A DNA stretch of 64,000 nt, taken from positions 184,569 to 248,568 of the forward strand of contig CBDCCS010000016.1 in NCBI GenBank assembly GCA_965214935.1, given 5' to 3'. This DNA is from Candidatus Velthaea sp. (GTDB taxonomy: Bacteria; Vulcanimicrobiota; Vulcanimicrobiia; Vulcanimicrobiales; Vulcanimicrobiaceae). Below are positions 59,672-64,000 of the stretch, piece after piece. The notes beneath the pieces were generated by a model. The model searched no databases. It was not told the origin of the DNA and saw only the letters and a list, made by a program, of their open reading frames with translations. Position numbers and translations under genes: made by a program. Position 1 is the stretch's first letter. Each line of letters starts with the position of its first letter.

Positions 59672-60040
59672 GTGCTCCAAGTTGAATCCGTCGGCGACCC
59701 GCTGACGTCCGCCCATGCAACGCTCGTCCGCGTTCGTGGGGAAGTTGATATCGCGTCCGCCGATGCGTTTCGATCGGTGCTGAGCGCAGCCCGCGACAGC
59801 GGCGCCGAAGGGCTAATCGTTTCACTCGAAGATTGCTCGTACTTCGACTCCAGCGGCCTGGCAGTGCTCGTTGCGATGCACCGTGCGATCGGCGACCGTC
59901 TGCGCGTGATTCTGCCCCCGAACACGTCGATCTACCGCATTTTCGAGATCACGGGATTGCATCGCGCGCTGCACGTTGTGAGTTCCGTTGCCGAAGCCTT
60001 CGATCGCTGGTCGAATCAAGACCAGCGGATTGCGATTTAG
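59672..60040 (+). CDS. STAS domain anti-anti-sigma factor (RsbV/SpoIIAA-like)
   Basis: VRGEVDIASA, YFDSSGLAVL (phospho-Ser motif) and RIFEITGL. Confidence 0.88.
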   Translation: MLQVESVGDPLTSAHATLVRVRGEVDIASADAFRSVLSAARDSGAEGLIVSLEDCSYFDSSGLAVLVAMHRAIGDRLRVILPPNTSIYRIFEITGLHRALHVVSSVAEAFDRWSNQDQRIAI

Positions 60041-60971
60041 CCGGCAGTCAGCTCGAGACCGTAGGCGGCAAGAGCCGCACAGGCCGTAGCTCGGTCCGGG
60101 AACGACGTTTGCGTTCCGGCCGACCTAACCGATAGCGCCGCAACGATGTTCGCCCGTCGCGCCGCCTCGAATAACGACCAGCCGCTCCCCAAGCAAACCG
60201 CAAGCGTTCCGACATAAGCATCTCCGGCGCCGGTCGAATCAACGGCCGATACGTCGATCGGGTCGATACGAAATACGCCGGCGGGCGACACCACGAGCGA
60301 CCCGCGACGACCCAACGTGACGATTGCAGCCCGAGCGCCGCGTGACATGAGCGAACGCGCCGCCCGCTCCGCGTCGCCGTCATCGGAGACCGCAATGCCG
60401 GTGAGTGCTTCCGCCTCGGTTTCGTTGGGAACCGCAACGTCGGTTAATTTCCATAGCTCGTCCGGGACCCGTCCGGCCGGTGCGGGATTGAAAATCGTCA
60501 ATACACCAGCTGTATTCGCCATTACAAAGGCGGCGTGCACCGTTTCGACGGGCACCTCGAGTTGACAGACGAGCGCATCGCTAGCGGTGATCACCGCACT
60601 CGCCGCAGCGACGTCGGCGTCGTCCAAGGCGGCGTTCGCGCCCGGCACGATCACCACGAAATTTTGGCCCGTGTCGTCGACGAAAATCGGCGCCACGCCG
60701 GTCACCCGTTCGCGATCTTCCGATACGTGCCCGATGCCCACACCGAGCTTGCGATAGTTTTCTACGGCACCCGCAGCGAAGCTGTCACCGCCGATGCGTG
60801 TGACGATGTCGACCTCGGCACCAAGTTTTGCGGCCATGACCGCCTGATTGCCACCTTTGCCGCCATAACCGAGTGAAAACGATGATCCGGCATCGTTTCG
60901 CCAAGCTTGGGCATGCGCGGGACGCGCGTAACCAAATCGATCATCGTCGAACCGACGACACAGACTTTCAT
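60037..60971 (-). pseudogene. rbsK: Ribokinase, frameshifted near 60885-60895 (probably an assembly error)
   Basis: MKVCVVGSTMIDL...PKLGET (60971-) is in a different frame from GGKGGNQAV, NPAPA, PNETEA and DSTGAGD. Confidence 0.85.
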
Positions 60972-61060
60972 GCTTGCGCACGATAGCTCACGACGCCAGG
61001 AAGTTCCTAGAATGTCGCTTTTGGCGGGATGCTGGGTAAGCTGACGGGGGAGGACCTGCT

Positions 61061-61456
61061 ATGGAGTGGCACTTCACCTCAGCCGACGAGATTTATCCGA
61101 GTTCGATGCATGAAGACATCATGTCGACACTCCACGAGCACGGTTCGCCCTCCAGCGACTTCAATTCAGCCGAAGTCATTTACGGTGAACTCATCAGCAA
61201 TGCTATCCGGCATGCGACCGGCCGCGTCCGCGTACGGCTCGACTGGCAAAACGATTTTCCGACGCTTTCGGTGCATGACGAGGAACGCACGGTAAGCGGC
61301 CGTGCCGCGATTGGGTTGCCCGACGACCCACTCTCGGAGTCGGGTCGCGGCTTGTACATTGTTAAAACCCTGGCTCGCGAATTTCATCAGGAACACGAGA
61401 CGACCGACGGAACCGCGGCGTTTGCGACGTTGCCGGTTTGCCGCCGGAGCGCTTAG
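61061..61456 (+). CDS. HATPase_c anti-sigma factor/Ser kinase-like protein (RsbW-like)
   Basis: ELISNAIRHA (N box), SVHDE and SESGRGLYIV; GGAGG RBS. Confidence 0.85.
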   Translation: MEWHFTSADEIYPSSMHEDIMSTLHEHGSPSSDFNSAEVIYGELISNAIRHATGRVRVRLDWQNDFPTLSVHDEERTVSGRAAIGLPDDPLSESGRGLYIVKTLAREFHQEHETTDGTAAFATLPVCRRSA

Positions 61457-61457
61457 A

Positions 61458-62738
61458 TCACGTCTGCAACGCGACTTCGCTTAACTCGCGCGGGCCGGGG
61501 TCGGCCCGCACGTTACGCCCGTACGGCACGATCTGGTCCGCGAGATATTGCGCATCACGCGCGATGCCGCTGAAGCGCCCGGAGCCCCATGTATACAGCC
61601 ACGGCAAGCCCAGGAAGTAGAGATTCGCAACGCTGGTGACGCCACGTTTATGCGTCGGATATCCGCGGCCGTCGAACGCCGGCAATTCGATCCAGCGAAA
61701 ATTCGCTGCGAAGCCGGTCGACCAGATAACGCTCGTTATGTTTGCAGCGCCGATGTCGAGCGTCGAGCGCTCTTCGCCGGGTTCCCAAACTGCAACGTAG
61801 CGGTTCTCGGACGGTGCGTCGAGCCGACGTTTCTCGATGTGTTTGTCGATCGTTGTCTTTATGGCGTCGCAGACGCTATCGGCAGCATCTAAGTTCGCCT
61901 TGAGATCGCCGTCGAACAAAAGGGACTCATCGATGTCGCGTAAATGCCCGTAGAGCTGCATGCCTTCGCGTGCGAATTGTCGCAAATCGAGGTCATGGCC
62001 TCCGCCGCGTCCGGTGACATAATGGTTCGAACGCGTGCGGACGGCTTCTTTGAGCGGATGTTCGTCGACGGGCAGATCGTAGTATCCGAGTTCATCGAGC
62101 CACTCAACGACGTCCTTGCCGCGATAGCGGCGCGCGACCCGCGGCGCACTGCCAACGCACAGATGAACGCGCCGGCCGGCCAGATGCAGATCTTCGGCGA
62201 TCTGGCAGCCGGACTGCCCCGTTCCGACGACGAGTACCTCGCCGGCCGGTAGACGTTCGGGGTTTTTATATTGCGATGAATGCAGTTGCACGATCGAGCG
62301 CGGGAGCCGTTCGGCCAGCCGCGGCAATGCTACGGAATGATAGCCGCCGACGGCGATGACGACCCGATCGGCGGTAAAATTGCCGCGCGAGGTTTCGACG
62401 GCAAACCGGCCGTCGTCAGCGGGTCCGACTCGGCTGACCGCGACACCCTCATGTAAGGGCGGATCGAACGAGGCGACATACTCGTCGAGGTACTTCACGA
62501 TTTCATCTTTGAGCATGAAGCCGTACGGATCGTTGCCGCGGTACGGAAATCCGGGCAATCGGCATTGCCAATTCGGCGTCACCAGACAGAACGAATCCCA
62601 GCGGCTCGAGCGCCAAGCACTGCCCGCCCGGTCCTTCTCGAAAACGAGATGCTCGACGCCGCGTTCTTTGAGCAAGTAACTCAGCGACAATCCCGCTTGA
62701 CCGCCGCCGGCAATGATGACCGGGTAGTGCGTTTTCAT
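61458..62738 (-). CDS. MSMEG_0569-family flavin-dependent oxidoreductase (NitH-like)
   Basis: GGGQAGLS, RWDSFCLVTPNWQCRLPG, HSSQYKNP, GTGQSGCQIAEDL and GLPWLYTWGSGRF. Confidence 0.88.
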   Translation of the reverse strand: MKTHYPVIIAGGGQAGLSLSYLLKERGVEHLVFEKDRAGSAWRSSRWDSFCLVTPNWQCRLPGFPYRGNDPYGFMLKDEIVKYLDEYVASFDPPLHEGVAVSRVGPADDGRFAVETSRGNFTADRVVIAVGGYHSVALPRLAERLPRSIVQLHSSQYKNPERLPAGEVLVVGTGQSGCQIAEDLHLAGRRVHLCVGSAPRVARRYRGKDVVEWLDELGYYDLPVDEHPLKEAVRTRSNHYVTGRGGGHDLDLRQFAREGMQLYGHLRDIDESLLFDGDLKANLDAADSVCDAIKTTIDKHIEKRRLDAPSENRYVAVWEPGEERSTLDIGAANITSVIWSTGFAANFRWIELPAFDGRGYPTHKRGVTSVANLYFLGLPWLYTWGSGRFSGIARDAQYLADQIVPYGRNVRADPGPRELSEVALQT

Positions 62739-62753
62739 GTGTGCCTTCTGCGC

Positions 62754-63044
62754 CTACGCGTCGTGATACGCTTCGATGCGCACGGCAACATCGGGCGTCT
62801 GCGGAAAAACACGCGCTTTCGCCTCGATTCGAGCGAGCGAACGTGCCGCGCGCGAACATGGATAACCGTATTTCGCGCGGATGCGATCGGAGCCGATACG
62901 TAGCGCCGTGCGGCTGCGATCGACGAACTCCGCGACGGCATAGACTGCGCCGACTGCTAGATAGTCGCGGATGACCAGCGACGGCGAATAGCACCGCATC
63001 ACCGAATCGTCGGGCCAGCGGACGATGACATGCATATCAGGCAT
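62754..63044 (-). CDS. MSMEG_0570-family nitrogen starvation response protein (NitG-like)
   Basis: MPDMHVIVRWPD...CYSPSLVI...SDRIRAKYGYPCSRA. Confidence 0.85.
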   Translation of the reverse strand: MPDMHVIVRWPDDSVMRCYSPSLVIRDYLAVGAVYAVAEFVDRSRTALRIGSDRIRAKYGYPCSRAARSLARIEAKARVFPQTPDVAVRIEAYHDA

Positions 63045-64000
63045 AAACGTTGCTCCGCGTTGATGATGACGAACGGAAAAGCGCGGCATGCGCGCGGGCG
63101 GACGCAGCCCACGAATGACGTCGGGCGGTCGCCGGTCCGCGCATTCCCGCCGACGCTGCAATAGCTGGTTCGAGCGCGCGGAGCATCGCTGCGGCAAGAG
63201 CCCCGGCGTCATTCGGATCGACCAGCAATGCGTCGTCCGGCTGCAAGAATTCGGTGAACGGAGCAACGTTCGAGGTGACTGCGGGTAACCCGCATGCCAG
63301 CGCCTCGAGCAGCACTAAACCGAATCCCTCGACGAGTGACGGAAAGACGAATGCATCCGCCGCTTGCAGCAATGCGACGATCCGTTCATCCGGGACGACG
63401 CCCATCAACTCGATGTCGCTGCCGATTTGCAGACCGAGCTCCGCGGCACGCGCCTCGAAGAGACGGCGATACGCCGAGTGATCGAAGACGCTCGCACCTC
63501 CCGCGATGGTAAGCCGTGCACCGGACCGGACGTTGCGAACGCGCGCAAATGCTTCGAGTAAACCCAACGTATTTTTGCGTTCTTCGATTCCGCCGATCGT
63601 AAGGAACCACGGGCCGCCGCCGCCGTTAAACGCCGCCCGGAGCGCCGCGCGGCGAGCCGGCGAGGCGGGCATGAAGCGGGCGGTGTCGACGCCGCTGGGC
63701 ACGACATCCGCAGCGATGCCGTAAAGTTGCGCGACGCGCTCGCGCCAGATCTCGCTGACGACAAAACAGCGCTGCGCAGAACGGATCGAACGGTCTTGCA
63801 ACGCCGTTAGTTCCGGTTGCTCGAAGGTGTCGAGGTGATGGATGGTGCGCGTAAAGTCACCGACCGCGCCGCGTTCGGCGAGCGTCGCTAGCGCATTACC
63901 GGTGATACCGTCGTGCGCGTGATAAATATCGAAAGCCGCGGTCGCGCATTCCCAGCCGTCGACGAGCGCGGTGATCCGCTCGTTGACGAACGGCAGCAGC
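63037..64000 (-). CDS. MSMEG_0565-family GT4 glycosyltransferase, 5'-truncated by the window
   Basis: Frame open to the window end: HAHDGITGNAL, TIHHLDTF, IGGIEERKNT and FPSLVEGFGLVLLEALACG. Confidence 0.87.
   Translation of the reverse strand, partial: LLPFVNERITALVDGWECATAAFDIYHAHDGITGNALATLAERGAVGDFTRTIHHLDTFEQPELTALQDRSIRSAQRCFVVSEIWRERVAQLYGIAADVVPSGVDTARFMPASPARRAALRAAFNGGGGPWFLTIGGIEERKNTLGLLEAFARVRNVRSGARLTIAGGASVFDHSAYRRLFEARAAELGLQIGSDIELMGVVPDERIVALLQAADAFVFPSLVEGFGLVLLEALACGLPAVTSNVAPFTEFLQPDDALLVDPNDAGALAAAMLRALEPAIAASAGMRGPATARRHSWAASARAHAALFRSSSSTRSNVYA

Noticed and set aside
1..64000. tRNA, rRNA, IS, integrase, prophage or defence systems
   Set aside because: No cloverleaf, rRNA-like segment, transposase/recombinase motif or recognisable defence gene seen by eye; tRNAscan and DefenseFinder would confirm.

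Overview
A 64 kb GC-rich, gene-dense bacterial chromosomal segment. The protein style suggests a diderm soil organism, possibly Candidatus Eremiobacterota/Vulcanimicrobiota; this is an inference, not a search result. Most of it is core or housekeeping content: ftsK, rnj, dnaK-grpE-dnaJ, a TolC/MacA/MacB-type exporter followed by htrA, pepN, an acyl-CoA synthetase and dehydrogenase, moeA, an ABC-2 exporter, nth, mutY, aceE-aceF and a ribokinase. It also carries signalling genes (TPR-GAF-GGDEF, LuxR-type, STAS, anti-sigma-type kinase) and ends in the distal part of a Nit1C/MSMEG_0565-0572-type nitrogen-starvation cluster. I saw no rRNA, tRNA, CRISPR array, transposase or integrase. Best leads: (1) an unannotated stand-alone 18-aa lysine-rich micro-gene (MAAKKKAMKKKAMKKGKK) with a strong RBS, an ECF-like promoter and an intrinsic terminator; (2) a multi-helix dnaK leader RNA with alternative RBS pairing; (3) a Tat-signal small protein coupled to a signal-less amidase, possibly piggy-back export; (4) a 21-bp-phased operator array between a MocR regulator and aceEF. 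Three genes carry single-base frameshifts at short homopolymers, most likely assembly errors.
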